From: a virus
Lineage: Duplodnaviria; Caudoviricetes
Strand: one strand, 5' to 3'
DNA: 64,000 nt
IMG/VR virus record: IMGVR_UViG_3300005512_000001
Coordinates: 128,001 to 192,000 of that record
The position numbers were made by a program, and so were the translations under genes. The notes under the pieces are model-generated. The model did no database searches. It had not been told where the DNA came from and was given only the letters and a program-made list of their open reading frames with translations. Shown here one piece after another: positions 18,650 to 29,059 of the stretch. How positions within the stretch are numbered: the stretch's first letter is position 1; each line of letters begins with the position of its first letter.

Positions 18650-19309
18650 ATGATTCCTATGCAATTCACGGGCACAGAATGCGTCAGACCCAAATTAAAT
18701 GAAGCTAGTTATATGTCATTTCATGAAAATTTGGTTGGTGTTGATTGGGGAGCATCAACATTGTTTTTGAACATAGACCCTCTTCCAAAGGGTGCTGATC
18801 CCACTAAGGTCATCGAAGTTGCCGAGAAATTTTTTGGGACTGTTAAACCTAGAATCACACGTAAACCGAATGCGACTGCGGCGCTACAATGGTGTTGGTT
18901 ACAACCAACTGAACCATACTTCTTTCATCTACAAGCAGATTGGGCATTAAGAAAGAAATTTAATATACGAAGCATGATTAAGCTTCTGGTAAAACAGAAA
19001 TTAATAGCAGTTAATTTGCGTTGTTATAGCAAAAAGAAGTTTGAACTATGTCTGTCGCCATCATTGGTTCGCACGCGAGAAGCTAAAAGAATTGCAAGGG
19101 CTTTGAGGCTGGATTGGAATGCAGAACGGCAACTTAGGAAGAGAAAGAAGAATAATCCGAATGGCCGCGATTTACAAGGCAAAATGCGGTCTATACATAT
19201 TCCGCCAAGAGGCAAAGTAATATTCGATATTGGCCGAGCATGGCTTAACGAACACAATTATAAGCGTAATGATGGGTGTAATTTCACCACTTGGGCTAAT
19301 AAGAGATGA
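18650..19309 (+). CDS. glycosyltransferase, GT-A fold
   Basis: LNIDPLP, YFFHLQADW, DIGRAW; paralog of 25070-25711. Confidence 0.6.
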   Translation: MIPMQFTGTECVRPKLNEASYMSFHENLVGVDWGASTLFLNIDPLPKGADPTKVIEVAEKFFGTVKPRITRKPNATAALQWCWLQPTEPYFFHLQADWALRKKFNIRSMIKLLVKQKLIAVNLRCYSKKKFELCLSPSLVRTREAKRIARALRLDWNAERQLRKRKKNNPNGRDLQGKMRSIHIPPRGKVIFDIGRAWLNEHNYKRNDGCNFTTWANKR

Positions 19310-20178
19310 TAGTTGCTGTTGAATCTAGACACAAAATAGGTATCTTAAACCAGATTAGCAAGTCTCTTGATGCTGCTGGGTTTAAAGTTGTTAGGTATGC
19401 CAGCCCGATGCATGATAACTTTGCTGTTGTGCCGAATTGCGATGTTACAATTGTGTTTAATGGCACACATCATAAATATTGTAAGATTATTAAAAATGCT
19501 AAAAAACGCGGCATTAAGATATTATATGTCGAGCTAGGTTGGCTGCCACAACGTCAATATAGGCAACTTGATTTTAGCGGGATAAATGCTGATGCTTCAT
19601 GGGTAAATGATGAGCTACCAGAATCAAAACATGTACCTTTAAAAATTCGTAGTGGTGGTATATTAGTGCCGCTGCAAAATGATAATGACACATCTATAAA
19701 ATCACATTCACCGTGGTTTGGAAATATGTTTAAATTTTTGCAACACTTAATAAGTTGTTCTACTATGCATATAAAAGTCCGTAAGCACCCTAGACATATT
19801 AAAAAAACAGACCCAAGAGTCATCAAATTAGTTAATAGAAATAAAAAAACTAGTTGGGACTCATCTGGATCGTTTGCAGAGGCAGTACGGTCCGTTAGGG
19901 CTGTAGCTACTATAAATAGCACATCTGGCTTAGAAGCTATAGAAATGGGGTACCCAGTATTGTGTTTTGGTCATGCGATGTATAGAAGGAGCGATGTTTC
20001 GATATGTTTATCAAATAATGTAAAGAACACTATTAAGGCAATAAAAACTATAGAGCGTGGCGATGTTAATCTTAATGGTGGCAATTTAAAATCGTTTATA
20101 AAACTTGTAAAGTCGAAACAAGTATTGTTTGCTGATGTTGCTACTAGGGTGGTTGAGATGTTGGGTGGTTTGTCATGA
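19306..20178 (+). CDS. KpsC/KpsS-like (beta-Kdo-transferase-like) capsule biosynthesis protein
   Basis: VELGWLP, VPLQNDND, VRKHP, TINSTSGLEA..GYPV..FG. Confidence 0.75.
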   Translation: MIVAVESRHKIGILNQISKSLDAAGFKVVRYASPMHDNFAVVPNCDVTIVFNGTHHKYCKIIKNAKKRGIKILYVELGWLPQRQYRQLDFSGINADASWVNDELPESKHVPLKIRSGGILVPLQNDNDTSIKSHSPWFGNMFKFLQHLISCSTMHIKVRKHPRHIKKTDPRVIKLVNRNKKTSWDSSGSFAEAVRSVRAVATINSTSGLEAIEMGYPVLCFGHAMYRRSDVSICLSNNVKNTIKAIKTIERGDVNLNGGNLKSFIKLVKSKQVLFADVATRVVEMLGGLS

Positions 20179-20951
20179 AATGGTTTTATCAAGATGTTAG
20201 GTGGGGCCTTGGTAATTTTGTGATGGCTACTCCTGCGCTTAGATTAAAATCTGCTAATGATAAGGCGAACATTAAGGTGTTTTTTGGGTCGCCTCATGTT
20301 GGCGATTTATTTGATTATTGCCCGTTTATAAAAAGATTGCATCAAAAACCTGCGGGACCTCCTACTATGCAAATAAGATGCCCCAAGAGGCATGCTGGTG
20401 AGACTGATGCAGAGGCTTGGTGTAGAATATTGTGTGGACACATACCAAAGCCGATGCCAAATACATATGTTGACCGAACTATAACAAAGAGGTTAAATAA
20501 GGTCACAGGAAAGCGGTATATAGCAATTTTTCATGGCTGCTTGAATATGAAAGCTGGGCCGATTGCTAAAAAAGATATTGGTGGGTATGCCAGGCAACAC
20601 ATGATTAATGCAGTATTAAATCGTTCTATGATTCCAGTATTATTGGGTAGCGTAGAAGATTTAAAACGGTTTTGGTGCGATATAAACACAAAAAAATGTG
20701 TTAATTACGTCGGGAAATTATCTTTGAAAGATAGTACCAGCATCCTTGCACAATGTGATAATTTTATGTCGAATGATACTGGTCTATATCATGTGGCTGG
20801 TGCACTAGAAGTTCCAGGGCTGGTTATATGGCGTAAAACTGATATGCTGAAGAATCGGGCTGTTTTTGGTGATATTAAGCATGTTGTGAGTAAGGATATT
20901 AAATTTAAGCATTTGAGATCACATATTGATAAGTATTTGGATTCGCTATGA
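20175..20951 (+). CDS. GT9 (heptosyltransferase-like) glycosyltransferase
   Basis: GLGNFVMATP, GKLSL, SNDTGLYHVAGAL. Confidence 0.8.
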   Translation: MKWFYQDVRWGLGNFVMATPALRLKSANDKANIKVFFGSPHVGDLFDYCPFIKRLHQKPAGPPTMQIRCPKRHAGETDAEAWCRILCGHIPKPMPNTYVDRTITKRLNKVTGKRYIAIFHGCLNMKAGPIAKKDIGGYARQHMINAVLNRSMIPVLLGSVEDLKRFWCDINTKKCVNYVGKLSLKDSTSILAQCDNFMSNDTGLYHVAGALEVPGLVIWRKTDMLKNRAVFGDIKHVVSKDIKFKHLRSHIDKYLDSL

Positions 20952-21925
20952 ATATAGTATTCTTAAGGGGTGCAGTGCCCCCGAAATCAGAACACCCTGA
21001 AAAGCTATTATACAATGAGATTGATGATTGCGAAGATGCATGGACGCAGTTATTTTATCGCTTGACGAAGCTGCTTAATGCGAATGGCCAGTTATTATAT
21101 CAAGGTAAATTTAGGCGTTTTGTAGTTGATGAGTCATTTATCGAAATATGGGTGCCATCTTTTGGGAAATATGTTCCAGACACTAAACCAGACCTGATTA
21201 TATGTCGTGGTGGGTTCCCGTACTATGATGCGTTTGTAAAGATGTTTCCAAACGCAGTTAAGATATATTATGGCGCTGGGAAGCGATTTTATCCAACTAG
21301 ATATGATAACTACAATTTATTTTTAGTTGATTCTAGAAAACAATTAAAAACTATTAGGGCTAAGCACAAAAGGGCTGCTTTATTTATCAAGCCAGCTGCC
21401 ACCTTATTCAAACCAGTCAATGTCGAAAAGAAATACGACATATGCTTCGTGGCAAATGCTGGGCAGGCTAAAATCAAACGACACAACTTGTTTCTTAGGG
21501 CATTTGCTGGGTCGCGATTTAAAATTCTAAACCTTGGTAATACCAATAAGAAATTAATCGCATTAGCAAAAGAGCTGAAAGTCGATATTGAATGGGGTGG
21601 ATGGTCTTTGCGAAAGGACTTGCCACGTAAGATATCACAATGCAAAGTCGGTGTCTGTTGCTCTACTAATTATGACTCGTGCCCACGTGTGATACCGGAG
21701 TATTTAGCATGTGGTATACCAATTGTGGCGACTAAAAACATGAATTTTTGGCACGAGAAATATATCACACCAGCTACTGGCATATTGGCATCTGAAAACA
21801 AATTACTTGCAGCAACTAAACAAGCACTAGCAATAAAATCAGACGTACGACATTATTATGATCAAAATCTATCCTTAGATGCAGCTTCAAAATATCTTGC
21901 TGGTGTAGTCCAGGAAATATTATGA
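20948..21925 (+). CDS. GT-B (GT4-like) glycosyltransferase
   Basis: KKYDICFVA, DSCPRVIPEYLACGIPIVAT. Confidence 0.75.
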   Translation: MNIVFLRGAVPPKSEHPEKLLYNEIDDCEDAWTQLFYRLTKLLNANGQLLYQGKFRRFVVDESFIEIWVPSFGKYVPDTKPDLIICRGGFPYYDAFVKMFPNAVKIYYGAGKRFYPTRYDNYNLFLVDSRKQLKTIRAKHKRAALFIKPAATLFKPVNVEKKYDICFVANAGQAKIKRHNLFLRAFAGSRFKILNLGNTNKKLIALAKELKVDIEWGGWSLRKDLPRKISQCKVGVCCSTNYDSCPRVIPEYLACGIPIVATKNMNFWHEKYITPATGILASENKLLAATKQALAIKSDVRHYYDQNLSLDAASKYLAGVVQEIL

Positions 21926-22833
21926 GAATTATTTTTAATGCACATCGTGTTGGATTTGGCAATAATGGTGGTAGTAGGACGCTTATTAGGTGTGGGGAAA
22001 CATTGTCGTCGATGGGCAATGAAGTTGTGATGTTTGGTGCGAATAAGTATTCATGGCATAAACCCAGAGGCATAAAGTTTATAAATTGCAGTATATGCCC
22101 AAAATGCGATGTAGTTGTGGCTACAGGGTATCGTAGCGTTCATAGTACTATGTGCACAGATGCTAGTAAAAAATTTTATTATATCCGAGGCTTGGAATTG
22201 TGGGCCGCAAAAGAGTCTCAATTATTGAAGTCTTTTAAATCCTTAGAATGTGTTGTCAATAGCCAATGGTTATATGGGTTTTTAAAAGAACATGGAATAC
22301 AGTCCCGTATAATTTATCAAGGCGTTGATTTTAATAGGTTTTATGACTTAGGCATACCCAGAGATGGGATGGGGTCATTATTTCACCGAAAACACAAAAC
22401 TAAAAGACATGTTGATGCCAACATAGTGGCTGGCATAGCAAATTGTAGTCTAAAATTATTGAATAAAGACATAAAAAATGCGAATGATGCGCAACTAAAT
22501 AATTGGTATAATTCAGTGAAAGTTTGGTTCGCACCAACTGAGCTAGAAGGGCTGCATAATCCGCCGATGGAAGCAGCATTATCTGGTTGTGCTTTAGTAT
22601 GTAGTGATCACCATAGAAATGGCATGGCAGATTATGCTATTGATGGGAAGACTGCACTAGTTTACCCAGCACGTAATTTACAAGTCGCGTCGAAACATGT
22701 ACGACAATTGTTGAATGATGATGACTTGAGGCAGAAGTTGAATACAAACTTGGTAAATCTTTTAAAAAATAAAATAGGTACCAGAATTGCGAATATGCGG
22801 AAATTATTGAAAGTATTTACAAATGAAGGTTGA
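21922..22833 (+). CDS. GT4 glycosyltransferase
   Basis: NNGGSR, EGLHNPPMEAALSGCALVCSD. Confidence 0.8.
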   Translation: MRIIFNAHRVGFGNNGGSRTLIRCGETLSSMGNEVVMFGANKYSWHKPRGIKFINCSICPKCDVVVATGYRSVHSTMCTDASKKFYYIRGLELWAAKESQLLKSFKSLECVVNSQWLYGFLKEHGIQSRIIYQGVDFNRFYDLGIPRDGMGSLFHRKHKTKRHVDANIVAGIANCSLKLLNKDIKNANDAQLNNWYNSVKVWFAPTELEGLHNPPMEAALSGCALVCSDHHRNGMADYAIDGKTALVYPARNLQVASKHVRQLLNDDDLRQKLNTNLVNLLKNKIGTRIANMRKLLKVFTNEG

Positions 22834-23482
22834 AAGTCGAGGGCGAAGTGATTTAGAAATACTTAGAGACAATGAGTGTTTTTTTAATAACGCACTAAAT
22901 GATAATGGTGATTACCATTTGTTGATGGGTAGTTGTTATGTTGATCATATATTTAATCTAACTAATAAATATAAATGGTATCTATGTAGAATAATAAATG
23001 TCAGAAGGCATTTACCACAATTAGTGGAATTTTGCAAGTTAACACCAATTGGTGTGTTGTTCGTGACAGCCTTAGGCAATGCGATGGCGATATTGACTAA
23101 AAAACAACTAAGGATTCATCCGCCGTTGTGGCGGAAAGTTGTTGATGATATCGACAAAATTGGAGCCCCAGTATTAATGATTGATATGCCGGCCGCATTC
23201 CATCGTTGTAATATTAATAAAAAAGGATTTTTAAAATTTGCAGCAAGAAGACGCGAAGAATATAAATCATATGTTGTTGGAAAACGCCATAACATCACAC
23301 ATATTGACCTTATGGATTTTGTTAGCCATAAATATAGTGACATAATCGAAAATCGCGATAACAGTCGTCGCACTAAAGCACCATGGCACATCGGGGAATG
23401 CACTTTACGACATATTGTGAAAGCATATGATATGTTTATGAATGGGCGACTTGACCCGAGCTACTTTAACCGATTGTGTTGA
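22823..23482 (+). CDS. hypothetical protein in glycan cluster (possibly SGNH-like)
   Basis: LLMGSCY near the N-terminus and PWH near the C-terminus; weak. Confidence 0.5.
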   Translation: MKVESRGRSDLEILRDNECFFNNALNDNGDYHLLMGSCYVDHIFNLTNKYKWYLCRIINVRRHLPQLVEFCKLTPIGVLFVTALGNAMAILTKKQLRIHPPLWRKVVDDIDKIGAPVLMIDMPAAFHRCNINKKGFLKFAARRREEYKSYVVGKRHNITHIDLMDFVSHKYSDIIENRDNSRRTKAPWHIGECTLRHIVKAYDMFMNGRLDPSYFNRLC

Positions 23483-24277
23483 TTACCCATCCCATCTGCC
23501 TTTTTGATATTTTCGCTGGTCATTCTCACACGGCAGCATATTATCTATACTGCAGTTTACCTGCGATTCTTCGAAGTAATCAGCAAATTTACGTAGTTCA
23601 GCCATCTCATCTGGTAGTATAGCGAATTGATTATCGCGGCCTGGTAACTCGTGGTCGATGGTGAAGTGCTTCTCTACTATGGTTGCACCAGATGCTATAG
23701 CTACAACAGCATCCCATATGGTAGGTGAGTGCCCACTAAATCCCCACTGCTTAGATATCGACTTGATGAAATTCATTTTATTTGGATGGAAATTGCATGA
23801 ATCACATGGGTATGATGATATGCAATGCAATAATATGACGTTATCGAATTTAGCTAGGTATTCATATTCATCGCGTTTAGCCGTCCCGGTCGATATAAAT
23901 ATTCGTTTGAACATTTTAATTGCGGCCGATGTTAACTCTTTATTACTAGATTCTGTGCCTGGAATTTTTAATTCATCAGTGAATTGTTTTATGAGATTCA
24001 GGTCGCGTGATGAAAAACATGATGTGAGGAATTTTATGTTATTTGCTACACATATATTTTTTAGAAGCTTATGTCTCTCTTCCGTCAGTTCAGCCTGTTC
24101 ATAAATCTGTCTACGGCCATCATGGTCCCATGGGCCTGGTGTGAGTCTATCCACTTTCCAAGTCTGGAATTTGGCGTAGTCTGCACCAGCTTTAGCCGCT
24201 GATTCTATCATTTTTGTAGCAACTTCCATATTGCCCATGTGATTCCAGCCGATCTCAGCTATAAGTTCAATAGACAT
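23483..24277 (-). CDS. neuB: N-acetylneuraminate/nonulosonate synthase (NeuB family, no C-terminal SAF domain)
   Basis: IAEIGWNHMG, AKFQ, ISTG, LLHCISSYP, GFSGHS, IVEKHFT. Confidence 0.88.
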   Translation of the reverse strand: MSIELIAEIGWNHMGNMEVATKMIESAAKAGADYAKFQTWKVDRLTPGPWDHDGRRQIYEQAELTEERHKLLKNICVANNIKFLTSCFSSRDLNLIKQFTDELKIPGTESSNKELTSAAIKMFKRIFISTGTAKRDEYEYLAKFDNVILLHCISSYPCDSCNFHPNKMNFIKSISKQWGFSGHSPTIWDAVVAIASGATIVEKHFTIDHELPGRDNQFAILPDEMAELRKFADYFEESQVNCSIDNMLPCENDQRKYQKGRWDG

Positions 24278-24318
24278 AATAGGTGGCCCTTATTCTAGTC
24301 GTAAAAATATATACTTAT

Positions 24319-25077
24319 ATGAATAATTATAAAGTGCATAGTAGAGCCGAAACATGTAAATTGATTGAGTCGTCAATTCAAAATGGCGATAGGCTGGTTG
24401 TGTCTAGATATAGTGATGGTGAAGTGAATATAATGTCAGGTATTGATGCCAGACCATCACTTGCTACTGGCAATGAAAATCCGAAATTTTTGGCCAATAA
24501 ACTAATTAATGCTATTGCTACAAAAGGGCAACTTGTGTGTATTAATGAATTAAAAGCCAAAAACATCGCTCGTAATGATAAGTGGGTTGGGGTTCAACGA
24601 TTTTTAGCAAATGCTGGTAAACGGAATACATATGGCGCAGCTAATTGGAACATTTATGATTTCCAAAATGGTTCGAAGATTTTGTCGCATCTATTTTCTG
24701 GCAAGCTGCTTGTCATAACTGGTTACGATATGATAAAAGGTGTGTTAAAGAGATATAGATCGCATTTTGATATATATAAGACGCCATTAAAAGAGATGTC
24801 CGCTAGGTTTGATGAGCATGCTATGGCTATTAATAAAATGGCTAAAAATAATTATGACAATATTTTATTTTGTTGTGGGCCATCAGGTAAAATTATTTTG
24901 TCGAAGCTTATTGGCGTATGTGAATCAAATTTGGTTGATTTAGGGTCAGTAATAAATGCTATTATAACTGGTCTTGGTAAGGCTGATATCACAAAGAGAT
25001 GGAATATGAGTTGGGTTTCTAATGTTGATCTCAATAAGTGTGCTATGCAATTTGTAAAAGGGCTTAAAAATGTGTAG
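24319..25077 (+). CDS. GT-D fold (DUF1792-like) glycosyltransferase
   Basis: SRYSDGE, CCGPSGK, VDLGS. Confidence 0.7.
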   Translation: MNNYKVHSRAETCKLIESSIQNGDRLVVSRYSDGEVNIMSGIDARPSLATGNENPKFLANKLINAIATKGQLVCINELKAKNIARNDKWVGVQRFLANAGKRNTYGAANWNIYDFQNGSKILSHLFSGKLLVITGYDMIKGVLKRYRSHFDIYKTPLKEMSARFDEHAMAINKMAKNNYDNILFCCGPSGKIILSKLIGVCESNLVDLGSVINAIITGLGKADITKRWNMSWVSNVDLNKCAMQFVKGLKNV

Positions 25078-25711
25078 CATTGTCTTTACGACCACAGCAA
25101 CAAATAGGCCAGAGATATTACGCAGAACTTATGCATCATTTTCTGCGAATCTAGTCGGCCTTAATTTAAAAGACATTGATTTATTGATTAATATAGACCC
25201 ACTACCAAATAAAATCAATATCAACGCAAATGTTGATGTTGCGAAATCATTTTTCAAAACTGTCAGAGTCAATACTCCTGATAAACCTAGCTTCTCAACT
25301 GCTATAAATTGGCTCTGGAGCGAGGCACAATCACCGTATATTTTCCATCTAGAAGATGATTGGATACTATTAAAGCCAATTAAGGTAAAGTCGTTATTGA
25401 AAAATATGGGCAATAAGTTACAAATTATTTTGAGAGCTTATGGATATAAATATGATAAAATGGTGTTGTCTCCGAGCATTATTAGACATGAATTGTATTC
25501 TCGAATTGGTGGTAGATTAGATGAAACTATAAACCCAGAAATTCAATTGCGTAATCCATCTATTGTTGGCGTTAAAATCGATAAATCAATGTTGCTTGAT
25601 TTTCCTCAGAATAAGATTATTGTTAAAGACATAGGCAGGAAATGGATGGACCAGCAAGATTTCAAGAAACCAGATAAGAAATTTAAATTTTATAGATGGA
25701 TAAGAAAATGA
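25070..25711 (+). CDS. glycosyltransferase, GT-A fold
   Basis: TTTATNRP, INIDPLP, FHLEDDW, DIGRKW. Confidence 0.65.
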   Translation: MCSIVFTTTATNRPEILRRTYASFSANLVGLNLKDIDLLINIDPLPNKININANVDVAKSFFKTVRVNTPDKPSFSTAINWLWSEAQSPYIFHLEDDWILLKPIKVKSLLKNMGNKLQIILRAYGYKYDKMVLSPSIIRHELYSRIGGRLDETINPEIQLRNPSIVGVKIDKSMLLDFPQNKIIVKDIGRKWMDQQDFKKPDKKFKFYRWIRK

Positions 25712-26832
25712 AAAAACTACTATTTATTGCGACTATATATCGGCCCGGCGAAAAAGTATATCCAATACTACCCCGATTGGCAGAATTTTGTGATGTCGAC
25801 GTTTATTTATTCAACCAGATGAGCCCAACAATGGAGTGGCAAGGCAATATTGATATACGGGAGAAATTCTACCGGTCTGCTAGGCAGCATGCTAATGAAG
25901 TTATTGTCGGCCCAACATACCATAAAGTCCATAGAGAGCATAGAACAAGCGGATTTAAAAATCTAATAAACAAACAGATAAATTTTTCAAAATATGACTT
26001 GGTATTTATTGATGATAATGTATCTAAACCAGCATGGGGTACTCCATTATTATATAAAAAAGCTAAGAATGCTGGCGTGTTGGTGGTTGCGCAACCACAT
26101 GGTAACAGAGAGTTTAATTTATATGTGTCTCGGTATATTTTTAAGTCATTTGATATGTCTTTTGTTTTTGGGCCAAAAGAAGTTAGGAAATTTAATAGCG
26201 GCAAGATGAAGGGGCGCATATTTGGTGGCGGCATCCCTGCTAATGACAAACTAAAAGACTATAAACGTGGAAATAAGTATATTCTGGTAATACCAAATCA
26301 TACTTCTGTTCCAAAGAGCAGAACTGGATATTTAAGATTTACTAGTGAGTCTTTTGCGCAATGTGGGGCTTTACAACTTAGCCAGAAGCTAGGATGCCCT
26401 ATAGTTGTGAAAATGAAGACTAGACCAAGTTGCATGAAAGATAAACGGAGATTTGAATCTGATTTAGGGACACTAGCAGGGCGAGGTGTTAAGATATTAT
26501 TAGATGTTGATGATGATAATGAGTTAATAATGAATGCAGCATGTGTAATTAGCTCCCCATCAACATTAGCGTTTAAATCTATCCAAGCTGGCATCCCTAC
26601 CGCTGTTCTAAATAAACAAGGAATGATTGGGAATTTTGCTGACTACCCTGGTTTGGTGCCATGTAAGCCAAAGCTAGTTCTTAAAACAATTATAAATCAG
26701 ACGAAGATTGGTAGGCTTACGGATTGGATTGTTGATAATTTAGATGGGGGCATTGATTATTCATCGACGGATATTTACCTAAAAAAGCTCAGGTGGTTGC
26801 TTTATAATCGCAATGTTTCTCTAAATATATAG
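25708..26832 (+). CDS. GT-B fold protein (sialyl-/glycerophosphate-transferase-like)
   Basis: QPHG, GGIPAND, VISSPSTLAFKSIQAGIP; glycan cluster context. Confidence 0.5.
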   Translation: MKKLLFIATIYRPGEKVYPILPRLAEFCDVDVYLFNQMSPTMEWQGNIDIREKFYRSARQHANEVIVGPTYHKVHREHRTSGFKNLINKQINFSKYDLVFIDDNVSKPAWGTPLLYKKAKNAGVLVVAQPHGNREFNLYVSRYIFKSFDMSFVFGPKEVRKFNSGKMKGRIFGGGIPANDKLKDYKRGNKYILVIPNHTSVPKSRTGYLRFTSESFAQCGALQLSQKLGCPIVVKMKTRPSCMKDKRRFESDLGTLAGRGVKILLDVDDDNELIMNAACVISSPSTLAFKSIQAGIPTAVLNKQGMIGNFADYPGLVPCKPKLVLKTIINQTKIGRLTDWIVDNLDGGIDYSSTDIYLKKLRWLLYNRNVSLNI

Positions 26833-27576
26833 ATGTGGGTGTTTTAAATAGTGTCTATCTTTAGGGTCATTAGTGACTTTGTATGATGGGTCGTTAAATG
26901 GTGGGGTAGGCCCGAATAACTTTTTTGATAGTTTCAATATTTGTTTATTGAACATCGATAAATAGAATTGATCTCCAGCGTATGTTTTCCACCGGTTGAG
27001 AACATCCATATTTTGTGCTTTGCCATTGTATCGTGTTTTATCGAAGCTACTACCAGCACCATGTTTTGTTACTTTGTTTATGGATTTATCCTTGCATGAT
27101 AAACCTAAAGATTTTGCCAGCTTATCACGGTATGGTCTTTCGCTGAACCATTTATTATAATTAACAAAAATGGAATTAGATGGAAGATATGATGATAAAC
27201 TCAATGCTTCGGTGGCAAATTCTATCCATCCAGTCTGAATGTCATTGATGGTTTTCCGCACCCAATTTCTGCTTGGTGCCACCCCCCAAGATCTAATTTG
27301 CGACGCAAATAAATTAAATGGGTCACGCAGTACATAGGTTATAATTTTGTTTGTATCCCTATGAGGATTTTGTTCCGATAATATTTTGAATTGTTTGAGA
27401 GATACAGTCCCCTGCTTTATAACCACTGGGCAGCGTGATTTTTGCTCAAAATATCTAATGTACCCATCTTTTGTTGATACTCTGGATTTTACCTTCGTAT
27501 TTGCATTAATCCAATATAATACTGCACTCGAACCAGACCGGCCTAATGCAAATAGATAAATTTCTCTATATTTCAT
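26821..27576 (-). CDS. sulfotransferase-like protein
   Basis: ALGRSGSSAV, LRDPFNLFAS, VNYNKW, GAGSSFD. Confidence 0.65.
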   Translation of the reverse strand: MKYREIYLFALGRSGSSAVLYWINANTKVKSRVSTKDGYIRYFEQKSRCPVVIKQGTVSLKQFKILSEQNPHRDTNKIITYVLRDPFNLFASQIRSWGVAPSRNWVRKTINDIQTGWIEFATEALSLSSYLPSNSIFVNYNKWFSERPYRDKLAKSLGLSCKDKSINKVTKHGAGSSFDKTRYNGKAQNMDVLNRWKTYAGDQFYLSMFNKQILKLSKKLFGPTPPFNDPSYKVTNDPKDRHYLKHPHLYI

Positions 27577-27631
27577 ATAATATTTTTTAATAGAATATTC
27601 TCATATGTGATGTTTCTGGTAAATATCATAT

Positions 27632-28405
27632 ATGAGTAGAACACAAACCACTATTACGTGCAGAGATTGTGATTATATCCCTAAAGTGCCAAATGCTGGT
27701 GAAGTTATAGGTAATTGCCAGATCATGCATAATGGCATTAAAGTGTATATTGGTGGGTATTATGGCAAATGGATGACTGATATTATACATGAGCTTAAGG
27801 GGCATCATGAGCCACAAGAAGAAAAAGTTTTCTTTGAGATTTTAAAGAGAATCAAGCCGGGCTCAACTATGATTGAATTAGGAAGTTTTTGGGCTTATTA
27901 CTCTATGTGGTTTAACAAATCAATTAAAAATGCTAATAGCATTATGGTGGAGCCTAGTCCCAACAAGCTATTATTAGGTAAAAAACATTTTAAACTTAAT
28001 AATATGACTGGAACTTTCATTCATGCTGCGGCTGGTAATTGCTATAAGGATTCTATGGCGTTTAAGGACTGGAAAGGTAAGATTAGAGACATATCCCAGG
28101 TTTCAATTGATTATTTAGTGAGCGAATTAAAACTTGAAGATATACATATTGTGCATTCAGATATTCAACGCGCTGAAGTTGATATGTTGCGTGGGTGTGC
28201 AAAATCATTTGGGAAAGTACATTACTTCGTTATTTCTACACACGGCGATGATAATCATAGGCGGTGCCTTAAGATTTTAGAAAATAGGAAGTTTAATATA
28301 ATAGCACAACACAAACCATCTCAGAGTTATTCTGTTGATGGTTTGATAGCGGCTGGCAACCCACGTAAAGTTGAAGCGTTTAATATAGAAATTAGTCGGA
28401 GATAG
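27632..28405 (+). CDS. FkbM-family methyltransferase
   Basis: MIELGSFWAYYS, MVEP, VHSDIQRAE, ISTH. Confidence 0.8.
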   Translation: MSRTQTTITCRDCDYIPKVPNAGEVIGNCQIMHNGIKVYIGGYYGKWMTDIIHELKGHHEPQEEKVFFEILKRIKPGSTMIELGSFWAYYSMWFNKSIKNANSIMVEPSPNKLLLGKKHFKLNNMTGTFIHAAAGNCYKDSMAFKDWKGKIRDISQVSIDYLVSELKLEDIHIVHSDIQRAEVDMLRGCAKSFGKVHYFVISTHGDDNHRRCLKILENRKFNIIAQHKPSQSYSVDGLIAAGNPRKVEAFNIEISRR

Positions 28406-28408
28406 GTA

Positions 28409-29059
28409 ATGCCAAAGTTTTATGGTCAACATCGTGAAGATCGCATTTTAGCTAACTTTTTTAAGAAAAATACCGGGTTTTATGTTGATGTTGGTGCTGC
28501 TAGCGGCATTAAACTTAGCAACACTTATCATTTTGAGTTATTGGGTTGGGATGGAATTTGTGTTGAACCATACCAACCATTTTTTAAGCAATTGAGGCGA
28601 AATAGGAATGCAATTGTGGTTTTTGGTGCGGCATATGATCAGACTGGTAAGGTGGTATTGTATGGTCATGAGAAAGGGTTTATAAGTACAACTGAAATTG
28701 ATGATGCAGTAAAGATGCGACGTAAAACCAGAAGGGGATGTGGTACTGATAAGTCAGAATATAATGGTCGTGTGGTGCCGAGTTTTAGAATTGCCGATAT
28801 TCTCGATGAACACAATGCACCAAATAATATAGACTTATTCTCTCTTGATGTTGAGGGTGGAGAGTTCAAAGTCCTTGATGGGCATGATTTTGATAAATAT
28901 GATGTGAGAGTATTTGTGATTGAAGCGAATACAACATCACAACGTGAACAATTAAATAGTCGAATGAGTGAACATGGATATGAGTGCGCATTAGTACATA
29001 AATGCAACTGCTTTTATTCTAAGCATAATGATGTTTTAGGATTAAGGAATTCGAAATGA
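28409..29059 (+). CDS. FkbM-family methyltransferase
   Basis: GFYVDVGAASG..SNT, GICVEP, IDLFSLDVEGGE. Confidence 0.85.
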   Translation: MPKFYGQHREDRILANFFKKNTGFYVDVGAASGIKLSNTYHFELLGWDGICVEPYQPFFKQLRRNRNAIVVFGAAYDQTGKVVLYGHEKGFISTTEIDDAVKMRRKTRRGCGTDKSEYNGRVVPSFRIADILDEHNAPNNIDLFSLDVEGGEFKVLDGHDFDKYDVRVFVIEANTTSQREQLNSRMSEHGYECALVHKCNCFYSKHNDVLGLRNSK